Below are positions 24,366 to 38,857 of a stretch of DNA of 64,000 nucleotides, piece by piece. A program made the position numbers and the translations under genes. Every line of letters starts with the position of its first letter. Within the stretch, counting starts at the first letter, position 1. This DNA comes from Octopus vulgaris (Eukaryota): assembly GCA_951406725.2 (NCBI GenBank), contig OX597836.1, positions 48,298,001 to 48,362,000 on the forward strand, written 5' to 3'. The notes beneath the pieces were generated by a model. It had not been told where the DNA came from, did no database searches, and saw only the letters and a list, made by a program, of their open reading frames with translations.

Positions 24366-27300
24366 GTTTAAAGTGCCTGACATGGTCGGTAGAAGATGTG
24401 AAGTGGTGCATGTAACTCTTGTTGGGTGGTTAAAAAGTTTACTTCCCAATCATGTGGTTCTGGGTAAGTATCCTGTAAATCTAATTTCAGGTTGACTAAT
24501 GCTTTGTGAGTGAAATTTGGTAGACCAGAACTGTGGAGAAATCTGTCACACACACAATAAAGTAAAATAAATGATGGACAGATGGTTGTTGATGGCATGA
24601 AAACATTTGTAAATTAGTTCTAGAGATGTGAGTATAAATATAACGAAGCAGAATAACAGGAAAACAAAATATGCAGAGAGTCTGTACTCTAACATCATAG
24701 GTAAGGGGAAGGAGAATTCAGGCTATTCTTTACAGCTGTTTCTGGGGGTTGGTGACCAGTAAGTGTATTGTGCATCAATATTCATGTAGTAAATTGGTAT
24801 TAATGAATGTATATGAAGTAATATACAGATAGTGTCACCTGTCCCATGATTGTAAGAAATTAATGGTTGAAGATAATGTATATTGAATGCAGAGCTCCAT
24901 TGCAGTAGAGGGAGAGAGAGAGAGAGTAACAGAGAGAAGGTTTAAAAGTAAGAGCAAGCTGAAAATAGAAGAGAGGGAGTGAGTCAGTAGAGGGAAATAT
25001 AAAAAGAACAAGGAAAAGCAGAGCCAACAGAGATGGGGGAGGAGCTGTAATAGAAATCTAATTGGCAGATAACGAGGTGATCCAGCAGAATTTATGAAGC
25101 TACAAGGATGTGCGACAGGGTTGAATGTCAGAAGAAAGACATTACCCAGGTTACAGCTTTATACATTGGTTGAACAAGTTGATGGGCAAAACTTCAAAGT
25201 CCCAATCAGCTTGATCTTTACTTGACTCTCAGTCTAGAGTTGCTCCATCAGGTCGTGCTCTGTTGATATTTTTAAACTTGTTTCAATATAACTTTAGGCT
25301 ACCCCCCACCCCCCACACACACGTGTCATCATCATCATCGTCATTTACTGTCCGCTTGATTTTGTCTGAAATCTTTTGTTATTTATGGCTTGTTGAATCG
25401 CTAATTTAAAGGGACAAGTGGTGATCAATAAGAATAAGTAGTGGGGTCAATATGATGGGCTAAAATACTACTTGATGTGGGCAGCCCCAACATAGCCACA
25501 GTCCAATGAATGGAATCAGTCAAAGACTGTCTGGATCAAATTACCCTTACTTCAAATGTATTGGATTTTATGTTGTGAACTAATTAGACACTAATTATAC
25601 TCTAATTACTTCAGTCCACATGGACATCCTTCCTTAGGAAAGGCATGTTCTTAATGTCATCTAAATATACACTTTCTTAATGCTTTTGTTATTATATTTC
25701 TCTTCGAATACAATGTCTTTGTTTCAAGTGATTTTGAAGTACAGTCCCCTAATGATTTCATTACAGAACTTAGACAAACAGCAGAAAGGATTTGAGTATC
25801 CCCACACCCATTACACTAAAGAGTTCCCCTCTTCCTTCAAAATGAATATGAATAAGGTTAGTATTATTTGTGTGATACCACATGTTTCAGGACTGGCAGT
25901 CTGAGGCTATCCTTTGTGACATGTCATACAGAAAGTTAAGGATTAAGAATTGACACAAACAGGGTGTGAACTTGATTGATAGATTTCAATTTTTTACATA
26001 CAAACTACACAAAAGCCACAAACGCAGGTGTGAATACAAAACTGATAATTTTTATCAGTTCCATTCTATATTTCTGTTGAAATATACTGCCTTGAATTGC
26101 AATTGATTTTTTTTAATGATAAAGAATTAAAAAAAATATCTTTATCGTTATTAAGCTAATGTTTGCAATATAGATTAATAAAACAAATTTGATGGCAGGT
26201 TGTAGTTTCAATTATTTTGTAAAACAAGTTGTTTACATCATAGAGCCTGGTGCAGCCTCAGGCAGGTTGGTAACAAAAGCGTTGAGCAACTGTGGAGATA
26301 TTCTCTCTGTCTTAATCCTTTTATTGCCAATCCATCTGTGCCCACCTCTTGGTTCAGTGATAGAAAATATGTTCAATTGTAGTTCACTAATGCCTTTTCA
26401 TAGCTGATAGTATTGGAATGTTTTTGTCCTCTGCCTCCACTAACAATGGAGGCTGCTTATAGAGTTGAATATAATTAGGTTTGGGAACAACAGTGAATGG
26501 ACAAAAATGCCATTAAGTGTGTGTGTTTGTTTAAATGAATGAAAAAAATGAGTCTCTCCAAATGTTAAATGCAGAGAATGCATTATGATGCCAGGCATGT
26601 GGACGGCGGAAGCTGAAAAACAAAGAGAAGAGTCATTTTCAGTCGGTTAAAATATTGTACTATTTAATTAGTTCCAGTTGAACATAGGATTAGGGTCGGG
26701 GGTGGGGAAGGGACACAGAAATGGATCAAAATATTGTCTGACCCTCTCCAGTTTCACTGACAGGATTAGCTTTGGTTAATCCACGATTCTATGGGGGGAA
26801 GATAATTGCACAAAAAACAGTGAGAGCCGGAATGTTACCATCGAGAAGTTAGCCTCTTAACCATTTGTCCATACCTGTGGAAACTGTAAGGAATCTTGTT
26901 GAATGGACAGTAACTGCCATTGCAAAAGGTTGGCCAGGTCAGAATATGTCTGCCTGAAGATAGAGTTAAAGAATCAATGGAATACTCAACCACTGTCAAA
27001 CTAACTCAGTGAGTTGGTGGTTCTATTGGTCAATCAACCAGGATACTCATCTTGGACACCACCCTGCAAACCATCATATCTGGTGGGTGGGTGAATGGGT
27101 GGAATCATTTTCCATGCTCGAATGAGTCAAAAGAAATTGATTGAGGTAGAGTTTTGTGGGGGTGGGCATGGCCATTGAGAACTTGTTGAAAGACATATTC
27201 ACAGAGGGTCATATTCGTTGAAAAATACCAAAAGTGACTTCTTGGACTTTTTTGAAATAATAAAATGGAGAATAAAATATATTTTCAGTTTCTTTTCAGG

Positions 27301-27757
27301 TTGGGTTTATGCTTTTGTGGGGTTTTTTTTTCCTGAGAAAAAGTGGTGAAGACAGATACAAATGATCTCAATTAGTGAGATGATGGGCAGGAGAAGACCC
27401 AACGACCCATGCGGGCTTTGGGGAATGGACATTTGGTTGGCCTGAGGCTATAGTAGAAGTCACTTGCCCAAAGGTGCTTTGCAGTGAAACTGAACCCAGA
27501 ACCATGTAGATGGGAAGCAACCGTCTTACAACAGAGCCACACCTGTGCCTATGTGTGTGTGTGTGTGTGTGTGTAATATGCATTGCATACTATCATGTCT
27601 ACATGTTTGGCCTCTGATAACTTCTCGTCTCTTGAACACACCTATTACTCATCCGGCTCTCTCACACTTCTCTTATCACTCCGCTATCTTCCACTCATGC
27701 CACTGTCACCAATCTCTTTTTTGCCCTGCTCTCCACTACTCCCCCCCTCTCTTTCTT

Positions 27758-27788
<31 letters not shown>

Positions 27789-29696
27789 AATATAATCTTA
27801 TATTCTGCAATCTCTCCTCTTCCTTCTCACCCCTACAGAACATGGAAGTACGTCCTCAGTGTTTCTAATCACCTCTCACGACCTCCACAAACTCATTCTC
27901 TCCTTCTCCTTACATAGTCTACAGTTAAATTGTTATCATTTTTAACCCTAAGTTGATTTAATCGAGTAGACCTATAATCTAAGGCATTCCAGTCATGAGC
28001 ATCCCAAATTTTTCAGATAGTCTAAGTGTACCTTAGATAATACTATCCAGTGTGTCTGCAGGGTGTAATCTGGTGGCAATTTGGCTGCTGTTTCTAGCAT
28101 TTCAAGCACCCATTTAGCAGTTTACCTTATTGGCTTGTTCAGATCCAGTGAACAGTCAGGGTGGTATAAATAGCCATCATTGAGTTGGCCAATACTATAA
28201 TATATTCCAGTGCCAATCACTGGATTTGAACTCCTGCCTCTCCCATCACATCCCTTATTCCCTCATCAATTGTAACTCTTCATCTCTACATTCTCATGTG
28301 ATCCAATGCTTTCATTCTGCTCACTCCATCAAAAAACTGTGTTAATGTCTTCTTCCCGTGTACTTTTACTGATGTTTCTATTCACGTGTTTTGTCCGTAA
28401 TAAAATACGTTTAAAATGTATTTCACGCAAACCTCTTTTTCTATTCAACAACATCATTTGTGCTGAACAGAATTTATTAAGCTTTATGACTGCTTGAATA
28501 GCTCTTACAATCACCTGATGCTGCTTATTTTTGAATGTGTTGTACTGTTGTCAAATCTATGCTTTTTACCCTGTATATATTTGTGACTGGGTAAGAAATT
28601 TGCTTCCCAACCGCAGGGTTCTGGGTTCAGTTCCAAAGCCTTGTGAGTGGATTTGGTAGATGGAAACCAAAAGAAGCCTGGACTGTTTTAACGAAGTCGC
28701 GTCTTGTCCCTACCTTCGAAATGCAGAGTAGATAAAACAGGGGACAACTGAGGAAGGGACTGTTCTTTATGTTGCCTGTCTTGTTTCTCTATTTGTTTCT
28801 TTTGTTGCCCCCAAAAAGTTCGTTTTCTATGTTTTTGTTTTTTATGTTCTCGTTTCTCATTTTGTTGCCTTTTTTTCACCACTACCATCATCATCATCAT
28901 CATCATCATCATTACCATCATGATGATGAGTCTTTTAGACAGGGAGTAATCTACTACCCCTCCTTAAGCGCCCATCACCTGAGAGACAATTTCCTTCCCC
29001 TTCTGCAAGAATTTTGTCAAACATTTAACATCTTTATTTTCTCCAGATCTTTTCCGTTCAATTTCAATGATGTCTTTTGTAGTATCCCTCCCTCTTCATA
29101 TTTTCCATTCTTGAAACTGGAAGCATTTAATTAATTAATTAATTTGTGTTAAAAACCCTGACTGATCCATTTGAATTTCATGGCCAGACTTGCACAACCA
29201 ATGTTCCTAAATCAATTCAGAAACGCTCCAAATACGAAGATTCTGCAGATAATTGAATCCATTTTACTTTGAAGATTCAGCAAAAACATTATTTTTTGAA
29301 AGACTTCCAAACATATTGAAAATACTCCAGAGTGATGTCCATGGTTGGATATCATACAACGACATAGGCAATTCAGACAATCAATAATTGCAGCTGTTGA
29401 CCTACAGTGTGTGAGATATTTTTGCTTGCTTCCAAACACATCAGTGAAGAAGACTAAATGCTAATTTGGGTGCAAAGCCAATTCTATTTTGGATTGCTGA
29501 TGACGTAGCCATTTTGTTTGTTCGCTTATGTATGACCAAATGTCAGTGTGGAGCACATTGGAACAAGTTACCGTGAAATACCAACAGTATTTGACAAGTT
29601 TAGCCTTTTAGTTGGGGAAAACAACATGAGGGAACCTCTACATAGTTATTTGACCTACAAGAAATAGAACCAAATTTCCCTCAAACTACATTAGAC

Positions 29697-29969
29697 CAAT
29701 GGTTCTTAACTGGGGTTCATGTGACCCCTGGGGGTCCATTTTAGGAAAATAATAAATACAGTAGTATTTTAGGGGTCTTTGTTAAGTTTTGATTTAAATC
29801 TTATTGCAAGAAACAGCCAGGTTTCATTCCCGGATGTTTTATGGAGTTCAACCTACGCAAGAGAATGTGTGAAAAACAAAACGGAAATTCTGAAAGAAAT
29901 GTCTAGTTTTTAAACATGAAATGGCGATGGGGATCCACAAGAATAAGATAGTAATCAAGAGAACCATTG
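29697..29969 (+). mobile_element. hAT (Charlie/Buster-type) MITE
   Basis: TIRs CAATGGTTCT / AGAACCATTG; 8-bp TSD cattagac / cagtagac (7/8); related to 24088-24365. Confidence 0.75.
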
Positions 29970-31267
29970 CAGTAGACAATGTAACCCAAAATAGACTATT
30001 TCTGGGTGGTCATGGCCGAAAAGTCTATGATGCTAGGTCTACTCAATCAGGGGTTGACTTGGATTAAACAACATTTTCTATTGTATCAATAAGATAGAAT
30101 ACTAAATCAATGATTAGATTATATTGTAAGGTTGCACTGACAGATAAAAAGGGTTTGAAGCTGACATGAAACCAATATTCATGAGTTCAATCCTAGCTGA
30201 AGACAAATACTGGGCTTCACATCTGATAAGGAATATAAGCTAAACAGTTCAAAATGGGACTAAAAAAAAATGAACGAACAAAGATATTTATAGTCTGAAC
30301 TTTTTCTGACACAATCATATTGTGTATTATTATGTATAAGTGGGTGTTTGTGAGCTGAACACACTAGCCATTAGCCCGGGTCTTCCTGTCTATAAATATA
30401 TTAAATTAGAATTGAAAAAAGGAAGAAACTTATACAAAAACCTACAATAAAAATATGCTTCTGTCTGGCCATGTTTTTCTCTTGTTATTTGTTTGAACTG
30501 CAACTCAAACAACCGAATCTTTTATTTCTTTCTCATTATTAACTTCTAAGTAAAAAAAAAATATTTTTCTCCAACTTAAAGTGGATGTTGTGTTAGAACA
30601 CAGAATACTGTGGTATTTGCCTAGAGAGAACCTCTTATATTGATTTCTGGGGCATAAAAGCACTTGAATGTGTATCATTGACAAACAGGAACCATCTGCT
30701 GTGGCTGCAGGAACTGGCAGATCAAGTGATTTCACTCTTCCTTGGGCTTGTCAATGACAAATGTCCACAGCTGTAGTGGACAGTAAAGAGCTTCCACTTC
30801 CTCCTCTTCCTCCACAATATATATATATATCATCATCATCATCATTTAATGTCTGTTGTCCATGCTGGCATGGGTTGGACGGTTTTGCAAGCTGGAAAGC
30901 TGCTCCAGACTACAGTTTGATTTGTCAGGGTTTCTCTGGCTGGATACCCTTCCTAATGCTAACCACTCTGAGAGTGTAATGGGTGCTCTTACATGCTACT
31001 GGCACAAGGTGCCATTTGCGTGACACCAGCATCTGCCACAAATGCAATTTTATTTGGTTTGATGGGTCTTCTTCTCAAGCACGACATAATGCCACAGGTC
31101 TCGGCCATTGCCTCTGTGAGACCCAACACTCAAAAAGAGCTTTTCGTGTGCTGCCGGCATCAGCCACTGTGCTTCTGTGAGGCCCAACGCTTGAAAGGAG
31201 CATTTCTTTCTCTTCTATTTAACCCTTTTCTTACCATATTTTGGTTGAAATATGCTGCTTTTGGTGT

Positions 31268-31668
31268 TGTGGTAAGTAGCTTGCTTACCAACCACATGGT
31301 TCCGGGTTCAGTCCCACTGCGTGGCATCTTGGGCAAGTGTCTTCTGCTATAGCCTTGGGCCGACCAATGCCTTGTGAGTGGATTTGGTAGACGGAAACTG
31401 AAAGAAGCCTGTCGTATATATGTGTATATATATATGTATGTGTGTGTATATGTTTGTGTGTCTGTGTTTGTCCCCCCACCATTGCTTGACAACCAATGCT
31501 GGTGTGTTTACGTCCCTGTTACTTAGCGGTTCAGCAAAAGAGACTGATAGAATAAGTACTGGGCTTACAAAGAATAAGTCCCGGGGTCGAGTTGCTCGAC
31601 TAAAGGCGGTGCTCCAGCATGGCCGCAGTCAAATGACTGAAACAAGTAAAAGAGAGAGTAAAGAGTAA
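31268..31668 (+). mobile_element. SINE family A copy
   Basis: Colinear with 21108-21503; inserted just after the left end of a piggyBac-type MITE (ttaacccttttcttacc at ~31219). Confidence 0.9.
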
Positions 31669-32504
31669 ACTATGATGGAAGGTTTTCATAAAGATCCCTT
31701 TAAAACAGGGAGTTTGAATCATGGAACCAGGGCCAGTGGAAGGTAGTTTGGTATGAACAGGGTTAACCTGTGTTATCCCTCTGTACTTCCCTCTGGCCAC
31801 TCTCCCACTATCATCCCTTCTCTTTTCTTTCCATTTCAACCTATATTCTGCCAGACACTCTCCAGCTTCCTCTCTCACAATGTTATCTTCACTCTCTGCC
31901 ATCGCTGATTATTTTAGCCACATGCTAATAATATCTCATCCGCCATCACTGATCTGCTATTTTTATTTTCTAAATATACTCTCTACATCTGCTTCCCATG
32001 TTCCCCCACCACTTCTCCTCACAACCCTACCAACAACAACAACAACAACTTATATATATTCTTAGTACAGCTTCAAACCCATCAGTTCGACAAAATACTT
32101 ATTCTCTCAGCTAAAATATCAGATTCCTCTTCTCTCCATGCCATACACAACTTATCCAAACGCACTCTTTCGTTTCTACCAAAGTAAACCACCACCACCA
32201 CCACCACCACCACTAGCCCCACCACCACCACTACCCCCACACCTTTTTACCTGTTCCTATAAAATACAGTAAATCATTTGGCTATAGCAATTTACTTGTT
32301 TTGATTGCATTTTAATTTATTAATGGGTGCAGGTGTGAGTGCATGCTCAAGAAATTTGCCTTCCAATCCTATGGTTTCAGGTTCAGTCCCATTGTGTAAC
32401 ACCTTAGGCTATAGTCCTGGGCCAACCAAAACCTTGTCAGAAGATTTTGAAGCCGGAAACTAAAAGAAAATCATCATATATATGTATATAGATACATACA
32501 AGTA

Positions 32505-32730
32505 ACCCTGGTCGCATGTGAGTCTCAGGTGGAGACCCAGGTCTTCTGTGTCGATACCACAAAACTCCACATCACTCTCGCTGATCCCCTCCACACATTT
32601 CTCCACAGCAAAACCAACATCAATGGATGGATGTAAGGATACTACGTCCATATTGCCTGTTATGCATCCTGTCAGATTGGAGGCATGGTTCCAGTCATTG
32701 ATTCTGCTGAGGAGGTCCTCTGTGCTGTCA
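32505..32730 (-). mobile_element. Penelope-like reverse transcriptase fragment
   Basis: DSTEDLLSRI..GNMDVVSLHPSIDV resembles the PLE RT motif DV.SLY.SI. Confidence 0.55.
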
Positions 32731-32751
32731 TACATACATATAGATATATAT

Positions 32752-33620
32752 TATCATCATCATCGTTTAACGTCCGCTTTCCATGCTAGCATGGGTTGGA
32801 CGATTTTGACTGAGGGCTGACGAACCAGATGGCTGCACCAGGCTCCAATCTTGATCTGGCAGAGTTTCTACAGCTGGATGCCCTTCCTAACACCAACCAC
32901 TCCGAGAGTGTAGTGGGTGCTTTTTACGTGCCACCGGCACAGGGGCCAGTCAGGCAGTTCTGGCATTGACCTCGCTCGAATCCTTTTTACACATGTCACC
33001 AGCACAGGTGCCAGTAAGGCGACGTTGGTAACAATCACGCTCGAATGGTGCCCTTTTATGTGCCACTGGCATGGAAGCCAGTTGGCTGCTCTGGCAATGA
33101 TCACATTCGAATGGTGCCCTTTTATGTGCCACTGGCACGGAAGCCAGTTGGCTGCTCTGGCAGGGGCCAGTCAGGCAGTACTGGCATTGACCTAGCTCGA
33201 ATCCTTTTTACACATGCCACCAGTAAGGTGACTTTGGTAACGATCCCGCTCGAATGGTGCCCTTTAAGTACCACTGGCACGGAAGCTGGTTAGCCGCTCT
33301 GTCAATGATCACGCTCATATGGTGCTCTTTGCACCCTGCCAGCACGGACGCCAGTCATCGAATTTGATTTTGATTTTGCTTTGATTGATTTGATTTCACT
33401 TGCCTCAACAGGTCTTCTCAAGCAGAGTTTTAGTGACCAAGGAAGGAAAAGGTTGCGTACAAGTGGGCTGGTTACGCCCCTGGCATAGGCCATGAGATTA
33501 TGGTTTCATTTGGCTTGCCGGGTCTTCTCACGCACGGTATATTTCCAAAGGTCTCGGTCACTAGTCATTTCCTTGGTGAGGCCTAAAGTTCGAAGGTCGT
33601 GCTTCACCGCTTCATCCCAT
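32752..33620 (-). mobile_element. RTE-clade LINE 3' end with internal ~60-bp tandem duplications
   Basis: WDEAVKHDLRTLGLTKEMTSDRDLWKY (ORF 33506-33781) resembles an RTE ORF C-terminus; (GAT)n tail. Shorter 3' UTR copies at ~2385-2660, 5940-6225, 6905-7086, 11952-12150, 30830-31200, 44830-45020 and 52260-52497. Confidence 0.8.
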
Positions 33621-33643
33621 ATATATATGTATATATATATATG

Positions 33644-33690
<47 letters not shown>
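33619..33690. repeat. (AT)n microsatellite
   Basis: Direct reading. Confidence 0.97.
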
Positions 33691-33693
<3 letters not shown>

Positions 33694-33821
33694 GGAGATG
33701 TACTTGCATAGCAAGTGACCTGATCTGAGATCGTGTGCTGGAACAAAAACAATTGCAGCATGGAAGATGTTTATAAGCCATTTAAAAACATACAAAAACC
33801 CGTTAGATTCACTTCAACATT

Positions 33822-33852
<31 letters not shown>

Positions 33853-34747
33853 TATATACTGGCAAATTAAAAATTAAAAATAACAAATAACAAAGCAACA
33901 AAAGTCAAAAAGACGTACGCCTGTAATATATTCTCTTGACGCTCAGTAATAAAGGTGGCAAAAAAGAGTGATGCATTGGGCAGAAACAGTCCACATACAC
34001 ATTGCCTCACATATGGTTAAGAGGAAAAGATATAATGGTGTTCACATCATAATTAAGATATTGTGCTGAGACCCTGGACAAACAGGGGAAATGAGGCTTG
34101 GGAACCAGCATGTTATGGTTGGGGTTATTTTTTTTCATATAACATAGTGAGGAAAGGACTAAGAAGAGGGTGACATGCTTGTATGTTACCCCACTTGAAT
34201 TTTAAGGGGTTTTAGGATTGTTGTTCATTGTCCCCAGCTTGTAGGTTTGACTGTGTTGGTACAAGTGAGTGTTGATGTTTAGTACGTAGCTTCATTCAGT
34301 AGACTCTGGGTGTTTAATGCTTGTGATGTTGGTGGGATCTGAGGTTCCCCTGCTTCCTTTCTTCCATTCATACTTGCTCTTCTTTGGTAGGCGCTGTTCT
34401 CTCCTTGCTAACACAAACTAATTCTAACAGTTTCGTGGCTGAAACTCTGCAACTGTAGAATGTAGGGTTGGGGAAGACAGCTTAAAATGTTTGTTCCAGA
34501 ACATGGAAAATCAGCTGAGAGAGTTTGGGGCAATTTACAGTCAAAACACACGTTTGGTTCTGTTTTTGATCAGCCTGATCACCACTCAAAGTGTCACCTA
34601 CTTCCTTTAAGTGCCAAATTTTCTGGGAATCAGGTTGATGTGGCAAACACCATTAGCTTACTTAACCTGGATGAACACCACATCTCTATCACCCTCCAAA
34701 TTAGAGTTGATGTCTGTGGAGAATGAAATGGTGCTGATCTTCTTGAT

Positions 34748-35161
34748 TACTCTCTTTTTACTCTTTTACTTGTTTCAGTCATTTGACTGCGGCCATGCTG
34801 GAGCACCGCCTTTAGTCGAGCAAATCGACCCCGGGACTTATTCTTTGTAAGCCCAGTACTTATTCTATCAGTCTCTTTTGCTGAACCGCTAAGTAACAGG
34901 GACGTAAACACACCAGCATTGGTTGTCAAGCAATTCTAGGGGGACAAACACAGACACACAAACACATACATATATATATATATATACATACATATATACG
35001 ACGGGCTTCTTTCAGTTTCCGTCTACCAAATCCACTCACAAGGCATTGGTCGGCCCGGGGCTATAGCAGAAGACACTTGCCCAGGGTGCCACGCAGTGGG
35101 ACTGAACCCAGAACCATGTGGTTGGTAAGCAAGCTACTTACCACACAGCCACTCCTACGCC
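34748..35161 (-). mobile_element. SINE family A full-length copy ~1 kb upstream of the annexin promoter
   Basis: Reverse complement of family A from GGCGTAGGAGTGG head to AAGAGT tail. Confidence 0.9.
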
Positions 35162-36198
35162 TGGATGTCTTCATGGATTTTCCTGTCAAACCGAAAACTG
35201 GTCACAACACAATAAACCTAATCATCGAAATAAGTCTTTACTTGGGTATTTATCACCTCAACTCCAGATCCAGTAGTATTGTCCAGGAATTATGGAAAGG
35301 GGGCTTATGGACTTGCTTTTTGCCCATGGGTTACATCACTGTTTGCAGTACATTTGCTCCATCATGGGTCCTTCTTGTGGGTGTTACGGCATCTGAAGCT
35401 GAACAATAATTTGTCAGTAAATTACATTTTTCTGCCTGTGACATATTGGCAGATGCTGACAGGGAGGTTTTTGGTTTCATTAGGGACCAGCTTCCCTGGC
35501 ACATCGCAAGGTACATGTGGCAGCTTTCCTGACATGTCACAAGGTACTTGGTTGTAACAGCACTTTGATCTCACCATCATTTATCATAATGCCATAAGTG
35601 ATTGAAGATGTCAGGGGGAAAAAATTATCAGATGGGAATACGAGTTAGTCTTGACATGATGTATAATTGAGATGTGGAGGTGTTCATGCCCCTCTATTTT
35701 GACTTTTTATTTATTTATTTCCTTTGATGTTATTTCGCTTTCTTTCCATTTTCTTATATCAATACTTTTGTAGAAAATTGTAGTTTAAAATAAATCATCC
35801 GTCTGACTTTCCCATTTAAATTTAGAATACTTATGGAAAAGTTATTCAAGAAAAATACATCTCAGCAAAAATAATAGATTCAACACTTGGAAAGATAAGA
35901 AATAATAAAATTTACGATTTAACTCATTATAAATACTCGTTTCCCCTAATGAGTGACTGGGGTGCGCTTTCTAATACTTGTACATACATAAACATACACA
36001 CACACGTGTGTGGGTGTGCGTAAACACTTTTCAACAGCTGAAAGTACGAACCCCCTACGCAGGTATTACGCACACATCGCCGCCACACATCCTAGAATAC
36101 AGAGTCTGTTTGTTACGGAGATTGTTTTTATCTGAAATCTTCCTTCGACCACTGTCGAAGTGTCATTGTTATATGGATGAATAGCCACCACCACGGCC

Positions 36199-36240
36199 TA
36201 TTTAAATCTGTAACTTACAATTGGTTACCCCGCAGCAGTC
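36199..36240 (+). promoter_or_regulatory. Putative core promoter of annexin gene (TATA-like plus Inr-like)
   Basis: TATTTAAA at 36199-36206 and GCAGTC at 36235-36240, about 30 nt downstream. Lies at the start of a visibly CpG-richer zone (~35.9-39.4 kb), ~130 nt upstream of caaaATGAGC|gtaagt. Confidence 0.55.
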
Positions 36241-36364
36241 ATATGACTTAAAGCGCTAATAAAACCTCTTGTCAAATTGATTAACTTTGCAGAATACCAA
36301 ACAACATTCACAGGACAGCCCGCCTTTGATAACATTTTCCGTCTTTCATTCACCCAGTAACAAA

Positions 36365-36370
36365 ATGAGC
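36365..36370 (+). CDS. Annexin coding exon 1 (Met-Ser)
   Basis: caaaATG AGC (A at -3) is followed directly by a perfect GTAAGT donor at 36371. Phase 0 matches exon 2. No other in-frame Met lies upstream of the annexin core within exon 2. Confidence 0.65.
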
Positions 36371-38857
36371 GTAAGTTTTATCATTGCTATTACTTTCTTT
36401 CCTTCAGAAACGATAATTTTTGTGCTTAATTGATTCTACTGTTGATTTTAAAAACCTGGTTTCCTAATTCGCATCCGTTTCCCCCCCACTTCATCTAAAT
36501 TGCAAACGATGCATACATCCATACATATATATTTTTCGACTTTCTTTTTCCTCTCTCTCTCCTTGTTGTTTTCTTCGAATACAGTATTTCTTCCTTCGTA
36601 TTTTGTACATAAGAAACGTTATTTTACTGGGGTATTTTTCTCCAAACTGTCACTAGTTATCTGATATATTTTTATTTTCTTTCCCACAAACATTAAAATG
36701 ATGTACTTTAAAGACACCGCATTGCGGACACCTTCCAAAGCTTAACTTGGAGTTGCTCTTAACACACACTGTGCTGCATTCGTTAATATCGATTGGGGGG
36801 GGGGGGGGTACAGCAACACTTTGTTTTCATATGTAATCGAACCGTAAATTTCTATTCTCTCTCTCTCTGTAAAGAAAAAAAAAAAGAAATATTTGAATTT
36901 AAGTCTAATTCCCACGAGTTGAGTCAGGCTTACCCAGTCCAAATTAGATGCAGCTGTTACAATTTGAGAAAAATAATACATTTTAAAACTTTGTAACTCT
37001 ACTGAAAATAAATAAGAAAAAACTAATTAAAATTTTGAATTTCATTCACCTTAAATTGTCGCCAGTACAAAGTATTCTGTTGTATGAGTCTTGTGACCTC
37101 GTTATCCAAGAACTTGCCATTTATAGGGTCATCTACGAGCTTATTAGCCAACTTATTTGGTTAGATGAAAAAGAAAAAAAACCCTTTAAAACTTCTTTCT
37201 AGTTCTTATTTACGCACTTCTTTCGAAACATATCTTAACCCGAATTATTTGTAGCAGTAATGTGACGTGTCGTGGACAAAGAACGAGTTGAGATCTGTCA
37301 GTAGGAAATACCTGTCCTGTAACTTTTCATTCACGTTCATTAAAGGTCTGTTCGTTACTCACTTCTAAGTCTGCATAACGACTTGACCGAAAGGGCGTTG
37401 TCTTCAGCTGTTCCCATAAAGAATTTTCTATAGGTTCGTAGAGTATTTCTGAGAGAAAATTTAGTTTCTATTCACCCCTAAATAAGTGGGTAAATTTTAA
37501 AATCTAATCGAATCGATTATAAAACCTAAATTTACATTTTAAATACAATTTGCAAGAGAAACTCTCACCTAAATAAACTACAGATGCAAATACACTTTTA
37601 ATGTTTGAATAATTTTTTAATAGGGAAAGACGAGTTTGGCGGGCACGAAAATCACGAGAATAAAAGGGTTGCGGGTTTATGAAAATGAGCCGCAAAGCAC
37701 CACGTTCTATGTTCAAAGTGTTTCCCTGTCTGCTTAGTAAGGAATACACAGGGTTTAACCCAGATTCAATCACATACGAACTTGATGGGAGGGGATAGCA
37801 GAAAAAATAGAATGTATTCAATTGTTGCACGGAATATTTTCCTTGGAAAATCCATCCCTGTCGAAATCTTAAGCTTTTTATTATCCCTACCAAGCTCTAA
37901 AACAGGGGGTACAGGTAGTGCAAGTGCAACCCCTAAAACTATTTTTTAGTGAGGAGCAATGAAAACGCTTTGAAAATCCTTCTGAAAAAACTGGGTTTTC
38001 ATTCCCTAAGCATCTTTCGTTCCTGCACTTATGCTTTTGGAAGCTTTACTTTCGACAGATGGGTGACGTGTAATTCCATCGGATTTGCAGTAGCCTACAT
38101 CTGCTCATGTAACCCGTGAGATATATTTTAAATTTTAACTGAAGTCAAATAAGTCCGTCTCGGATCTCTTTTGTATTATTTGGTAATGTTACTGGATATC
38201 TGATTTGGAATTTCCACCCATCTAAAACGAAGCAAACACATCGTCTGGTGATTTACTCTCGTAGGTTTGTCTTTTTTTTTAATTGCGGCCATGCTGGGGC
38301 AAAGACTTGAAGCGTTTACTCGATCAAATCACCCCCAGTACTCGTTTTGACTATGGTACTATTCTATCGGTTTCTTTTTTTTTTTTAACAGAAGCGCTAA
38401 GCTACGGGTATGTAATCAAAACAACACCTGTTGTCAAACAGTGAGAGACACACACAGGGCTTCTGAATAGTTTCCAGTTACCAAATTGACTCCCAAAACC
38501 TTATTTGGCGCATGTCATAATGGAAGACACTTGTCCAAGAAGGCGTGCCGTGAGACTGAACTGGAAAGCGCATGGTTGCGAATTGAATTCATATCCATGA
38601 TGTGAAAGGGAAGAAAAATAAAATAGAATATTTTAGCTAAATTCGAACTTTCACTTTCTGATTTTACATTGAAGGTGTGGGAGTGGGGGAGGAGGGCGGT
38701 TCTTTTCGAATGTAGATAGTATTTGAACTTTCAAACTGTGCTTTTGTGTCAAACGATAAACAGCCTTTCATATCGAAAAGTATTTTAGAATTGTGAACTG
38801 TTCTCACTTAATAGTTGGAGGAAAGGCAAAACCGAGGTCATGCGAAGTACTGCGAAG

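Noticed and set aside
24721-24860. Minus-strand GAAACAGCTGTA, resembling a Penelope minimal hammerhead stem III
   Set aside because: No CUGANGA box survives upstream; at most a dead remnant of a PLE end.
28688-29134. Poly-His / poly-Met ORFs
   Set aside because: (CAT)n microsatellite in low-complexity sequence.
29212-29439. 75-aa Cys-containing minus-strand ORF in unique-looking sequence
   Set aside because: No recognisable domain and no consistent partner exons found.
33034-33300. Regularly spaced ~60-bp repeats, superficially CRISPR-like
   Set aside because: Tandem duplications within an RTE 3' UTR; no unique spacers, no cas genes, eukaryotic context.
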